A stretch of 64,000 nt of DNA from NCBI RefSeq assembly GCF_028641065.1, contig NC_073391.1:39184001-39248000 (forward strand), in the 5' to 3' direction. This stretch comes from Leucoraja erinacea (taxonomy: Eukaryota). The translations under genes were made by a program, and so were the position numbers. Shown here in pieces: positions 53,615-64,000 of this stretch; position 1 is the stretch's first letter; the number at the start of each line of letters is the position of its first letter. A model generated the notes under the pieces. The model saw only the letters and a program-made list of their open reading frames with translations, was not told where the DNA came from and did no database searches.

Positions 53615-54230
53615 TTTGCAGTTTAACGAGAGGATTTTGTTTTTGTTCTGCGCCTTCACCTTGAGTGTCGGGTACAGTTTGCTCGGGCGCTCACTGGCGA
53701 GGAAGGGGAATAGCGTCACCGACAGCTCCAGACTCAACTATTGCAGACCGCTGTGCAGGGGAGAGAAACCACAGCAATCAGCAAACCCGAGAGCAACACG
53801 CGGCCAAAGCTGCGCAAACAATTCAGGTTCAAGCCGCATTTGTTAATCTGCATTCATTCATCATCCCCAATTCGAAAAAAATATCCCCTTCACATCCAAT
53901 CTACAATTTCAAATCATTACCAAAGGTCAGAGACAACAACCCGGACTGCTCTGCACTGCGATAACCCGCGAGTGCCCTTAGCAGAGGGCAGAATTACAGC
54001 GCTTTGCTGATTTACCAAGCATTCGTATTCACTGCCCGTGCTGTCATTCAGTAAATTGATGACAGAAACTTCCAGAAATTAGCTTACTAGCTCAGGCTCC
54101 CCTTCAACTTCTCGTCTTCCGCCCCTGCACATGATTAGCTTTTTTTTTTTTTAAATCCTTCGACCCGAGGCGTGGGACCCTTGCTGCCCCTCAGTCCCCG
54201 GCATTTGCCCAGTTCTGCCCTTGAATATGG
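53615..54230 (-). promoter_or_regulatory. PHYHIPL 5' UTR / proximal promoter region
   Basis: Repeat-free, CpG-enriched stretch directly upstream of the exon 1 ATG. TSS not determinable. Confidence 0.55.
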
Positions 54231-54799
54231 GACAAGTAGCAGCTCTTCGGCCCCTCGAGCCTGTTTTAACTTAAGTAAGTTTTGGTTGATCTGTAACATA
54301 TCTCCATAAACTGACTTTCTCTCCATTCACCCTAATCACTATGGTTAACACATATCTATCAATTTAATCATAAAATGAACAAATGATTTAACAGCTGGCG
54401 TTGCAGTAAGCGAAAATGACTCCAAACTTCTATTATTCTCATCGAGTAAGTAATGTTTAACTTTGTTCCTGAAAGGCCTAGCTGCAGTTTCTAAGACCAC
54501 ACCCCTGGTCCTGGGTTCATTAAACCAGGAAAATAATTTCTCCCTTTCTACCGTTGTTTAAGAACTGCAAATACTGGAAAAATCGAAGGTAGCCAAAAAA
54601 GCTGGAGAAATTGAGCGGGTGAGGCAGCACCTATTGAGCGAAGGAATTGGTGATGTTTCGGGTGAAGAAGAGTTTCTCCAGCTTTTTTTGCCTACCTTCT
54701 CTCTTTCTACCAATCACTTCCTGATTCCCTTAAAGTAAATTACACCTTTAAGTGCCAAGGAACACACTGAGAGTTCCTCCACAATCTATTTGTGCCTCA

Positions 54800-55300
54800 A
54801 GGATGTTCAGCATGTCTCCAACAAATCTAACCAACTTCTTCAGATGCACAATACAAAGCATATTATCGGGATCAGTTTGGTAATAGTTATGCAAAAAGTT
54901 GTGGTTGAAGCCCAATCCATTACACAGACCTCCTTCCCCACTCGACTCCATCTACACCACACTGCCGTGGGGAAACAGCCAAAATAATCAAGGATCTTTT
55001 TTACCCCAGTCATTCCCTCTTCTCCCTTCTTCTGTCAGATATAAAAGCTCGAAATAACATACTACCAGATTCAGGAACAGCTTCTTCCTCACTGCTATCT
55101 GTCTACTGAACGGTCCTCCCATAAATTACCGTATAGTTCTGATCTTTCAAACAACTTCAATGCGGACCTTTGGACTTATTTGCTAATGCTACAATGCTCC
55201 AACACTATATTCTGCACTCTGGCATTTTTCTCTTTGCACTACGTGTTGGTACATGTATGACTTAATTCACTGCATCTCAGCACATGACAATAATAAAGCA
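54800..55300 (+). mobile_element. Rex1-type LINE 3' fragment, decayed
   Basis: Reverse-complement similarity to 25530-26050; ends CATGACAATAATAAA. Confidence 0.6.
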
Positions 55301-56089
55301 ACACCAATAATTCTCTTTGGACCTCCACTATTTCTGGCTTTCCACCATTCAGGTTGTTGTACTGTAGGTCAAAAGTGGACTTCATTCACCACAATATTGT
55401 CTAATTATTTAATATATTATGTCCATCATTTTATGCATTCATGTACACTGTTTACACAGCTTCCTACCTTTGAATCAGCAATTATGAATTTATAATTTTC
55501 TACCCCATCATCTAAGTCATAAATAAATATAGATAGCAGGTGTGGTGCCAAAATGATTTTTGTAGAATTCAGTCTGTCAATAAAAGAAAACCTGCTCATA
55601 GAGTTGTATACAGCACAGAAACAGGTCCTTCAGTCTAACTTATCCATATCGACGAAGATGTCTACATATACATCCTATTTGCCGGTACTTGACCCATATC
55701 TCTCTAAATCTTTCCATTCAATGTATGCTGTTATACCCACCACCCTTTTCATGCTCCCTAGATCCCCTTTAAATTTTCACTCTCACATTAAAGCTATGCC
55801 TTTGAGTTTTAGACTTCCCTATCGCTTGGAAAAAGACTGATTTATCTACCCAATCTATGCACCTCAATTTTATACAGTGTATTCAGTAAGTATTCAGACC
55901 CCTTCACTTTTTCCACATTTTGTTAAGTCACAGCCTTATTCTAAAATGGATTAAATTCTTTTTTAATCATCAATCTACACACAATACCCCACAATAAAAA
56001 AGCGAAAACAGGTGTTTAGAAATTTTTGCAAAGTAATTAAAACAAAATAGCTGAAATATCACATTTACATAAGTATTCAGACCCTTTCC

Positions 56090-57702
56090 TCAGTACTTTG
56101 TTGAGGCACCTTTGGCAGCGATTACAGCCTCAAGTCTTCTTGGGTACGACACTACAAGCTTGGCACACCTTTATTTGGGTAATTTCTCCCATTCTTCTCT
56201 GCAGATGCTCTCAAGCTCTTGTCAGGTTGGATGGGGAGCATTCGATGCACAGCTAATTTCAGGTCCCTCCAGAGACGTTCGATTGGGTTCAAATCCGGGC
56301 TCTGGCTGGGCCACTCACGGACATTCACAGACATGTCACAAAGCAACTCCTGCATTGTCTTGGCTGTGTGCTTAGGGTCGTTGGCCTGTTGGAAGGTGAA
56401 CCTCTGCCACAGTCTGAGGTCCAGAACGCTCTGGAGCAGGTTTTCATCAAGGATCTCCCTGTACTTTGCTCCAAAGATTCTAGAGGAGCAAGATAGACCA
56501 CTCCTCCGAAATCCAATGGACTGGCGTGTAGTACATAACGAATGGCTGTCATTTGTTTATGCAAAACACAACATCTTTGGTAGCAAGGACAGACTCCACA
56601 GTTATACAATCTGCGCTTACATCAGGTCGCAGGGAAGAGCAAAGATACTAGAGGCTCCTCTAGTATCTTTGGGGGAGGAGGACGTTTCCTCCACGCCCGA
56701 GTTGATCCAGGAGTGATTCTCGGTCCCCCCCCGATACCAGATGAAGGCGACTGGCACTAGGCTCTCTGTACAGTGGGAGAGCCTCGAGCGTCAGCCCGCG
56801 GTCGGCGCTCCCGAGACAGCGGGCAATGCTCCTCTAGTATCTTTGGTGTAATCCGTTTCAAAGATTGATCCGCTCTACCATCTTTGGCGTAATCCATGTT
56901 GGAGGGAACAGTGTTTTATATAGCATCGATCACTTCACATATTTAGTTAATATTATTGTAAATGTTATTAATATTATTGTAAATTGCAGCCCAATAAAAT
57001 GGCGTCAACAAGCACCCATGTTATACTACGCTTTTTTTTGCAGAGTGGCGCATTTTGCTCTACTCTATAATCTTTGCCTTGCTCTGCTCATCTTTCCCTC
57101 GATCCTGACTAGTCTCCCAGTTCCTGCCACTGGAAAAACATCCCCACAGCATGATGCTGCCACCACCATGCTTCACTGTGATGAACGGTGCCTGGTTTCC
57201 TCCAGACGCGACACTTGGCATTCACGCCAAAGAGTTCAATCTTGGTTTCACCAGACCAGAGAATCTTGTTTATCATAGTCTGAGAGTCTTATAGGTGCCT
57301 TTTGGCAAACTCCAAGCAGGCTGTCAAGTGCCTTTTACTGAGTGGCTTCCGTCTGGCCACTCTACTATAAAGGCCTGATTGGTGGAGAGCTGCAGATATA
57401 GTTGTCCTTCCGGAAGGTTTGCCCATCTCCACAAAGGAACTCTGGAGCTCTGTCAGAGTGACCATTGGGTTCTTGGTCACCTCCCTGACCAAGGCCCTTC
57501 TCCTCCGATTGCTCAGTTTGGTCGGGCGGCCAGCTCTATGAAGAGTCCTGGTGGTTCCAAAGTTCTTCCATTTTAGAATGATGGAGGCCACTGTGCTCTT
57601 CAGGACCTGCAATGTTGCAGAAATTGTTTTATATGCTTTCCCAGATCTGTGTCACGACACAATCCTGTCTCGGAGGTGTACGGACAATTCCTTTGTCTTC
57701 AT
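56090..57702 (-). pseudogene. Tc1 DDE transposase pseudogene
   Basis: Starts MKTKELS; ORF 57289..57612 has the GRP..L paired-like HTH region; WSGETK-like, FQQ.NDPKHT, WPSQSPDLNPIE.LW, KGASTKY* remnants. Contains stops, frameshifts and an insertion. Confidence 0.88.
56472..57076. mobile_element. Non-autonomous element with CAAAG termini and 8-bp TSD (P-superfamily-like MITE) nested in the Tc1 transposase
   Basis: CAAAGATTCTAGAGGAGCAA ... TTGCTCTACTCTATAATCTTTG. TSD CTTTGCTC (56464-56471) / CCTTGCTC (57077-57084). Confidence 0.72.
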
Positions 57703-57946
57703 GGCTTGGATTTTGCTCTGTGGGACCTTATAGACAAGTGTGTGCCTTTCCAAATCATGTACAATTAATTTACCACTGTTGGACTCCAATCATGTTGTAG
57801 AAACATCTCAAGGATAATCAATGGAAACAGGATGCACCAAAGCTCAATGTTGAATGTCATAGCAAAGGGTCTGAATACTTATGTAAATGTGATATTTCAG
57901 TTATTTCTTTTTAATTACTTTGCAAAAATTTCTACCTGTCTTCGTT

Positions 57947-58545
57947 TCTCCTGGACGGACAACACGACAGCGGTCATCAAGAAGGCTCAGCAGCGGCTGC
58001 ACTTCCTGAGGGTCCTCAGGAAGCACAACTTGGACTCTAACCTGTTGCTGACCTTCTACCGCTCGTCCATCGAGAGCCTGCTGACATACTGCATTACAGC
58101 ATGGTATGGCAGCTGCACCATGGCAGACGATTGAGGGTAACCAGGACATGCAGAGGATCAAAATGGACATCTACACCTCCCGCTGCCTTAGCAGGGCAAA
58201 GAAGATCATCAAAGACAGCTCCCATCCTGCGTTTGGACTGTTCGACCTTGCCCTCTGGAAGGCGCTATAGGTGCATCATCAAATCCAGGACAAACAGACT
58301 CAGGAATAGTTGCTTTCCGAGAATTATATCTACTATAAATTCAAATTCACACATGCACTGTGGACTTCCATCTGTATAGTATATATGTAGGGGAATTTGT
58401 GCACCTATTCCCCCCACCCCCCCCCCCCCCATCTCCCTTACAGTTTCTTGTTTTTTGTGCTAAATTGTATGTATGCACTGAGTACGAGCAGCTTTCAGTT
58501 TCACTGTACATGTATGGTGACAATAAATGGCATATCTATATCATC
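57947..58545 (+). mobile_element. Rex1/Babar LINE 3' fragment inserted in the right Tc1 TIR
   Basis: SWTDNTTAVIKKAQQRLHFLRVLRK...FYRSSIESLLTYCITAWYG and LPSGRRYR; the TIR resumes at ~58546. Confidence 0.88.
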
Positions 58546-59159
58546 TTCATTCTGGGGTATTGTGTGTCGATTGATGATAAAAAAAAGAATTTAATCAATT
58601 TTAAAATAAGGATGTAATGTAACAAAATGTGGAAAAAGTGAAGGGGTTTGAGTACTTTCTGAATGCACTGTACATTTCCAGTCACCCACAGCCTCTTTTG
58701 TTCCGGAGAAAAGCTCCAGCCTATTCAATCTCTCCTTATAATTCAAACTCTCCAGTCCACACATCATTCATGTGAATCATTTCAGCACCCTCAATAACTT
58801 AATCACTTCCTTCCTATAGGCAGAACTGCACACAATACTCCAAGTCCGATCTAACCGACCATGATGTCCCAACTCCTGTGATCAATTTCTTGGCCGATGA
58901 AGGTTAGCATACTTGTATCATACACCTCTGCACCATTCCATCTAACTGTTATTGCCATCTTTAGGAAACTATTTGCCTTGACCCCCCTCCGGATGCTGCC
59001 ATTCACATGTATGTCTTGGCCCCATTTAACTTCTCATTAAATGAGTAAGTAGCCGCACATCAGACAAAACAACAGTTCTAAGTAGCTACCTAGGGATGAT
59101 TGTAAAGTTTTGATCTGTCAGCATGCCCACCTCCCATAAGCGAATGAAAACAAATACAT

Positions 59160-59480
59160 AAATTATAGGAGTAGAATTAGGCCATTCGGTCCATCAATTC
59201 TACTCTGCCATTCAATCATGGCTGATCTATCTTTTCCCTCCATTCTCCTGCCTTCTCCCCACAACCCCTGACTCTCTTACTAATCAAGAATCTATCAAAC
59301 TGCACCTTAAGGATACTCAGTGACTTGGCCTCCACAGCCATCTGTGGCAATAAATTCCACAGATTCACCACACTCCGATTGAAGAAATTCCACCTCATCT
59401 CTTTTCTAAAGGCATGTCCTTTTATTCTGAGGCCATGCCCTCTGGTCCTAGACTCTCCCACGTTGAAAACTAGTGCCAAT
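59160..59480 (-). mobile_element. CR1 LINE 3' fragment
   Basis: ORF 59216..59548(-) VGESRTRGHGLRIKG...VVNLWN.LP. Confidence 0.85.
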
Positions 59481-59575
59481 ATCCCTACTCCAGAGTTATT
59501 ATCTCTTCCTACTTCCCCGAGTTGACAAAGTTTAGCAACTTCATTCAACTCAATAGTTGTAAATATGAGAGAAAC

Positions 59576-59651
59576 AGGTAATTTTCACATAATTCAGATG
59601 TTTAAATGTTTGTTTTAACATTTAAACATCTGAATGATGTGAAAATTACCT
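59576..59651. repeat. Near-perfect hairpin / palindrome, 35-bp arms, 6-nt loop
   Basis: AGGTAATTTTCACATAATTCAGATGTTTAAATGTT-TGTTTT-AACATTTAAACATCTGAATGATGTGAAAATTACCT, one mismatch. Confidence 0.9.
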
Positions 59652-60499
59652 ATACAATTAAATACATTTTAGTTAAGTGTTTTACCTTTGAATTTATGTA
59701 TCTTTTATTTTTAAAAACTTAATCTTTGTGACCATCAGAAACATTAAAAGTTTTATTTCTGACAAATTGAGGGCATGACTTAGCCAATTACTATTTTCAG
59801 TGGGGAGGCCATGCGACGTACAGCACTTCTCGAATCATGAGCTAGTTTTGAAAGCCATGTTGCCAATTCAGGCAAGAGTGCAAAGCAGAGCATTGAGCCG
59901 GGAACTTGGCCTTATTTGCCGTCAAAATTATCAAATAACTTGGGTGCAGGGGTTTTGTGTACCTATCAAATAACTTTCTCTGTAAATGTTTGTTATTTCC
60001 AAAATTCATTACATATTAATACATTCAATTTAAATAATTAAAAAGTCCTTAACATCAAAAATAAAACACTTAAAAAGGATCCTGCCCTTGGGATCCTTGG
60101 TTAGTCATCAGGGAAATATAGACTGCAAGATCACTATTTACATAAAGACATGTGTAAGATTGGAGCTGGACTTGTCATTTCAGGCATGTCTGTCAACAAG
60201 ACAAGGATTTTGTTTATCCATCAGTTTCCTTCTGTGTGCTGTCCAATCAAAATCTTCATCAGAGTGCTCTGGTACAATCTCACCAAGCAAGAGCTTGCTA
60301 CATGCACGAACTTGTCCTGGCTGCAGGCTACTCGCCCAATGATTCACTATTTACAGATTCTTTATCTAAGATATTAAGTGTGCAGCATCAAAGAAGGGTC
60401 TCAAACCGAAACTTCACCTATCCATATTCGCTAGAGATGCCACATGACCTGCTTAGTTTCTCCAGCACTTTGTGTCCATCAGTATCTGAACTGTGAGCA

Positions 60500-60732
60500 G
60501 TATATCAGATGGAATCTATGGAATTCATTGCTACAGAGGGCTGTGGAGGCCAAGGTATTGGGTAGTTTTAAGGCGGAGATTGGCAGATTCTTGATTAGTA
60601 GGAGTGTCAAGGGTTATGGGGAGAAGGAGTTCTCAGGAGAATGGGTTGAGAGGGAAAGACAGATCAGCCATGATTGAACGGTGGAGTAGACTTGATGGCA
60701 CAAATGGCCTACTTCTGCTCCTATGACTTATG
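60500..60732 (+). mobile_element. CR1 LINE 3' fragment
   Basis: NLWNSLLQRAVEAK motif and CR1 3' UTR. Confidence 0.8.
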
Positions 60733-60744
60733 AACTTCTGATAC

Positions 60745-61140
60745 AATGGACGGTCATACTGAAGACCCTAAGGCTTGGTGGATCACGGATACGGGAACCC
60801 GCTCGAAGGCTCGGCAGACCGCGGTCGAAGGCTCGGCAGATTGTGGTACCAAGAGGAAGCCCCTGGAGATGTTGCATATGAGGAGCAAGGGCCTGTAGGA
60901 GGGTGAACAAGGGTATTGCTTCCAGCGCCTTTAAGATCAGCTGCAAGAGGCGCCCCCGGGACACAAAGATGGCCGGGCGAGGAGGGATGTCAGTTTGCTG
61001 GTCAATCTGGTCGATGGCGACGGAAGAGGACCCTGCAGGGGCCTGGGGCTTACCAGGATCAGGAACTGCTCCAGTAGACGAAGCGAGCGTCCGGTCCGGA
61101 CTTTGTGTCTAGCTTTGGTCCAGCATCTGCAGTTCCTTTT
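60745..61140 (-). mobile_element. Probable Penelope-like element N-terminal fragment with adjoining pLTR end
   Basis: GC/CpG-rich segment next to the pLTR tail CCAGCATCTGCAGTTCCTT. Family assignment is tentative. Confidence 0.4.
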
Positions 61141-62273
61141 TATTATAAAGAAGCGCAGGTCTTGTTTCAATTAACTGCTCACAAAGGTGGACCTCATGGA
61201 TTTTCACTCAGGTGGCAAACAAGACTGACAACACTTTATTTCTTCCAACAAGACAAACATGGGTTTTTTTTTTTAATTCATTATGATGTCAAAGCATATT
61301 TTTCAACACCATTCAATGTATTCCCTTTCTCCTGTTGACCACCTAATTTCCCTGTAAATTCAATAATTTGTCATATATTTCAAAATATTTCTGAACATAC
61401 TCTGAAAATAAATGACAACGGTTAGTACCTGAAAGCAATACAAAATCCAAGTAAAAATTCCCACATTAATATTACATGCTTGCCTAATCCTTTCATTTAC
61501 ACAAGATGATCAGAATACATATGATTAGACATTAAGTGCCACAGCTGCTATTTGGTGGTCCTATACATATCTTACATTCTTACATCTTTTCCTATTTTAT
61601 AATTCAAATGCCAAATTATCTTCTGCATGCTTACTCCTTATTTTATCCTCATCTATTTTGCCCTACCCTAATCACTGGTGTTATGCTAACTCCTGTACTA
61701 TTTTCCTTGGGTTTCATGTTGATCCTAAATTCTCAGACCTGGGCAATTTGCAGCTAAAGCTACCTGATCATACGCTCCAAGTTAATCTTTCCATCCAGTA
61801 TTTTTACAAGCCAATGTAATTTGGCTCTCATCCTGTCACCATGCAAATTTGGTCTCTTTATTTAATTTGAAAATAATGCAAAGAATGCAAATGTTAGACA
61901 GAGACACAAGAGATTGCAGATACAGGAATTCTGAGCAAAACATAAAGACCCGAGTCTGAAGAAGGGTCCTGACCTAAAATGACATTAAAGTGATGCTACC
62001 TGACCCGCTTAATTCCTCCAACACTTTTGTGTTTTGCTCAGTGCAAATATTAGATTTACAAACTTGCAGGCAATACTAAACTAGGTGGGATTATGGGTGC
62101 GGAGGAGGTGTCTACCAATGAGCTGGTTTGCTTTATCATCACCACTTCCTTCTTTAGTAGGGATATCATCTTGTATCGCCCCTACCTACATCCAATTGTT
62201 GGTATGCCCATTTCATTTTTAAAGAAAAATAGTTTATTCAGTCCATGCCAACCATTGATCACTAGTCATTTCT

Positions 62274-62540
62274 AGCACAGTGGAGCAGCGGTAAATTTGC
62301 TGCCTTACAGCGCCAGAGACCCGGGCTTGATCCTGACTACAGATGCCGTCTGTATGGAGCTTGTACATTATCCCTGTGATTTCTCCGGGTGCTCCTGCTT
62401 CCTCCCACATTCCAAAATTGGGTTAAAAAATTTGTCAATAGTGTGTAGGATAGAACCAATATACGGTTGATTGTTGGTCGGAGCGGACTCGGTGGCCCGA
62501 AGGCCTATTTCCACTCTGTATCTCTAAATTACACTGAACC
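62274..62540 (+). mobile_element. V-SINE (HE1-like)
   Basis: tRNA head, V-domain and tail. Confidence 0.82.
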
Positions 62541-63330
62541 CAATACGTTACACCCCAATCATCATTAGAAAACCCCGAAAACCATGTACACTCATGTCAT
62601 GTCCAAAATCTTAACCCCCAAAGTGTTGCACACCCATCATCCAAAAACCTCCAGTTGTGTTCTGCACACTCAAACATTACCTCCACGACCTTACCCAGAA
62701 AGTATTGCACACCCATTAATAAATTTTCCAAAGCCGTGTTACATACTCATCAGCATCCCCACGAGCTTAATCCCGAAAAATTGTGTATCCATCATCGAAG
62801 AATCATGTGTTGAACACTCAAAACCTCCACAACCATCACATCTACAATCTTAATCCCCCAAAACACGTCACCCGTTTTCTAATAACTGGTAAAGCCACGT
62901 GTTACACTCATCCCTCCTCTCTCCATCCCACTCACTTCCAGGTGTTGTACACTCGTTCTCTAACCACAACCTCCAGGCGTTGAACACCCGTTCTCAAAGC
63001 ACAACTCCAGAACAACTCCAGGCGTTGCACACCCGTTCTCCAACCACAACCTCCAGGCGTTGAACACCCGCTCTCTAGTCACTACCTCCAGGTGTTGCAC
63101 ACCCGTTCTCAGAGCACAACTCCAGGCGTTGCACACTCGTTCTCCTACCACAACAGTCAGAGTCTGAAGAAGGGTTTCGGCCCGAAACGTCGCCTATTTC
63201 CTTCGCTCCATAGATGCTGCTGCTGCACCCGCTGAGTTTCTCCAGCAATTTTGTGTACCTCCTACCACAACATCCAGATGTTGCACACCTGTTATCTAAG
63301 CACAACCCCCAAGTGGTGCTCATCCCCATC
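62540..63330. repeat. ~35-bp minisatellite (CTCCAGGCGTTGCACACCCGTTCTC...CACAAC), homogeneous at 62937-63155, degenerate at the flanks
   Basis: Six well-conserved units plus degenerate ones visible directly. Confidence 0.85.
63156..63258 (+). mobile_element. 103-bp Penelope-derived pLTR insert with 14-bp TSD and hammerhead-like motif
   Basis: TSD CTCCTACCACAACA at 63142-63155 and 63259-63272. Contains CTGAAGAAGGGTTTCGGCCCGAAACGTC. Confidence 0.8.
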
Positions 63331-63610
63331 AAGCCGCCTCCCTCGGGGAAGGGCGGGACTCACCAGACCACCGGCCGCACAGATGATGCCCGACCTCCAC
63401 CGCCCAGGCGACCGTCCCCCCGCCGCCGACGTCGTCGCCTCTGGCCGCCAACGGCCGCCCGCGCGCCCGCCCGCAGCCCCGGATGGCGGGCACGTGGGCG
63501 GGGCCCCGGCCGGCTCGCTCCCGCCGCGTGACTCCCGCCTGTACTGGCCGCCAACCGTCGCCCAACCTCCAGCCACCAACACCACCAAATGCAAGTCGCC
63601 GTTTACTGAC
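63330..63610. promoter_or_regulatory. CpG island / promoter-like region
   Basis: Very GC- and CpG-rich, with CACGTG (63491-63496), GC box GGGCGGGG, CAACGG/CAACCG, and a minus-strand donor CTG|GTGAGT at 63364/63363. Confidence 0.7.
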
Positions 63611-63653
63611 TTTATCTGTAGTAGACAACAAAAGGCAGCTCACAACCCATTGG

Positions 63654-63765
63654 TATGAAGAAGGGTCTCGACCCGAAACGTCACTCATCCCTTCTCCCTG
63701 GAGACGCTGCCAGTCCCCGCTGAGTTACTCCAGCATTTTGTGTAGCATCTGCAGTTCCTTCTTGC
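63654..63765 (+). mobile_element. Penelope-derived pLTR copy
   Basis: TGAAGAAGGGTCTCGACCCGAAACGTCAC...CTGAGTTACTCCAGCA...GCATCTGCAGTTCC. Confidence 0.78.
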
Positions 63766-64000
63766 ACACCAGTGGTATGGATATTGGGTGGTGGGTGTAT
63801 GGAACAAGCTGCCACAGGAGGTAGTTGAGAGGCAATTAATTCTACAGATTCACAACTGTGAATCACCTTTTGGAGTGCCCTTGTTTGCAAATGCATGAGG
63901 GAGCTTGGAGGACAGTTTCAATTCAACCAAATGCCAATGGTTAGGTTATTCAATACTTTATTGTCATGTAATTTTTTCACACAATGGGTGGAACAAACTC

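Larger units (their letters stand above)
55875..58670 (-). mobile_element. Tc1 transposon with long (~210-bp) IR/DR-type TIRs, full length but inactivated, carrying two nested insertions
   Basis: TA|CAGTGTATTCAGTAAGTATTCAGACCCC ... GGGGTTTGAGTACTTTCTGAATGCACTG|TA; internal direct repeat AAGTATTCAGACCC; inserted in a CR1 fragment (55600-55872, 58672-59050). Confidence 0.92.

Noticed and set aside
53615-53737. In-frame open extension upstream of the PHYHIPL ATG with a CUG in good context (53731)
   Set aside because: 41 open codons in GC-moderate sequence can arise by chance, and there is no homology support.
56219-56716. 165-aa plus-strand ORF
   Set aside because: Chimera of the antisense Tc1 transposase and the nested MITE.
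62937-63300. CRISPR-like look (25-bp conserved block with variable gaps)
   Set aside because: Gaps are only about 10 bp and similar to each other, the context is vertebrate and there are no cas genes; it is a minisatellite.
63214-63824. Several overlapping 65-135 aa Pro/Arg/Gly-rich ORFs
   Set aside because: Expected stop-codon depletion in a CpG island; they start or end in repeats.

Overview
This is eukaryotic genomic DNA from a cartilaginous fish, most likely a skate or ray, judged from the HE1-type V-SINEs, CR1/HER1-type LINEs, Rex1 and Penelope repeats. The window holds one complete protein-coding gene on the minus strand, PHYHIPL. Its five coding exons are 53614-53509, 15792-15596, 13290-13116, 10029-9912 and 3667-3133 (106+197+175+118+535 = 1131 nt, 376 aa plus stop), all with GT-AG junctions and consistent phases, and intron 1 is about 37.7 kb. 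The rest is mostly transposon debris: CR1, L2, Rex1, Tx1, Penelope, V-SINE, Tc1, Helitron, Harbinger, hAT, P-like, a TAGG-ended TIR element and a Gypsy remnant. The most interesting signals are a candidate alternative first coding exon, an RE1/NRSE-like site in intron 1, short TSD-flanked Penelope-derived inserts carrying a minimal hammerhead ribozyme motif, a nested P-like MITE with several internal TIR copies, a 35-bp-arm hairpin, and an upstream CpG-island promoter with a splice donor. I found no convincing evidence of a wholly new gene system. TE family calls come from pattern recognition without database searches, and most repeat boundaries are approximate unless a TSD or TIR is quoted.
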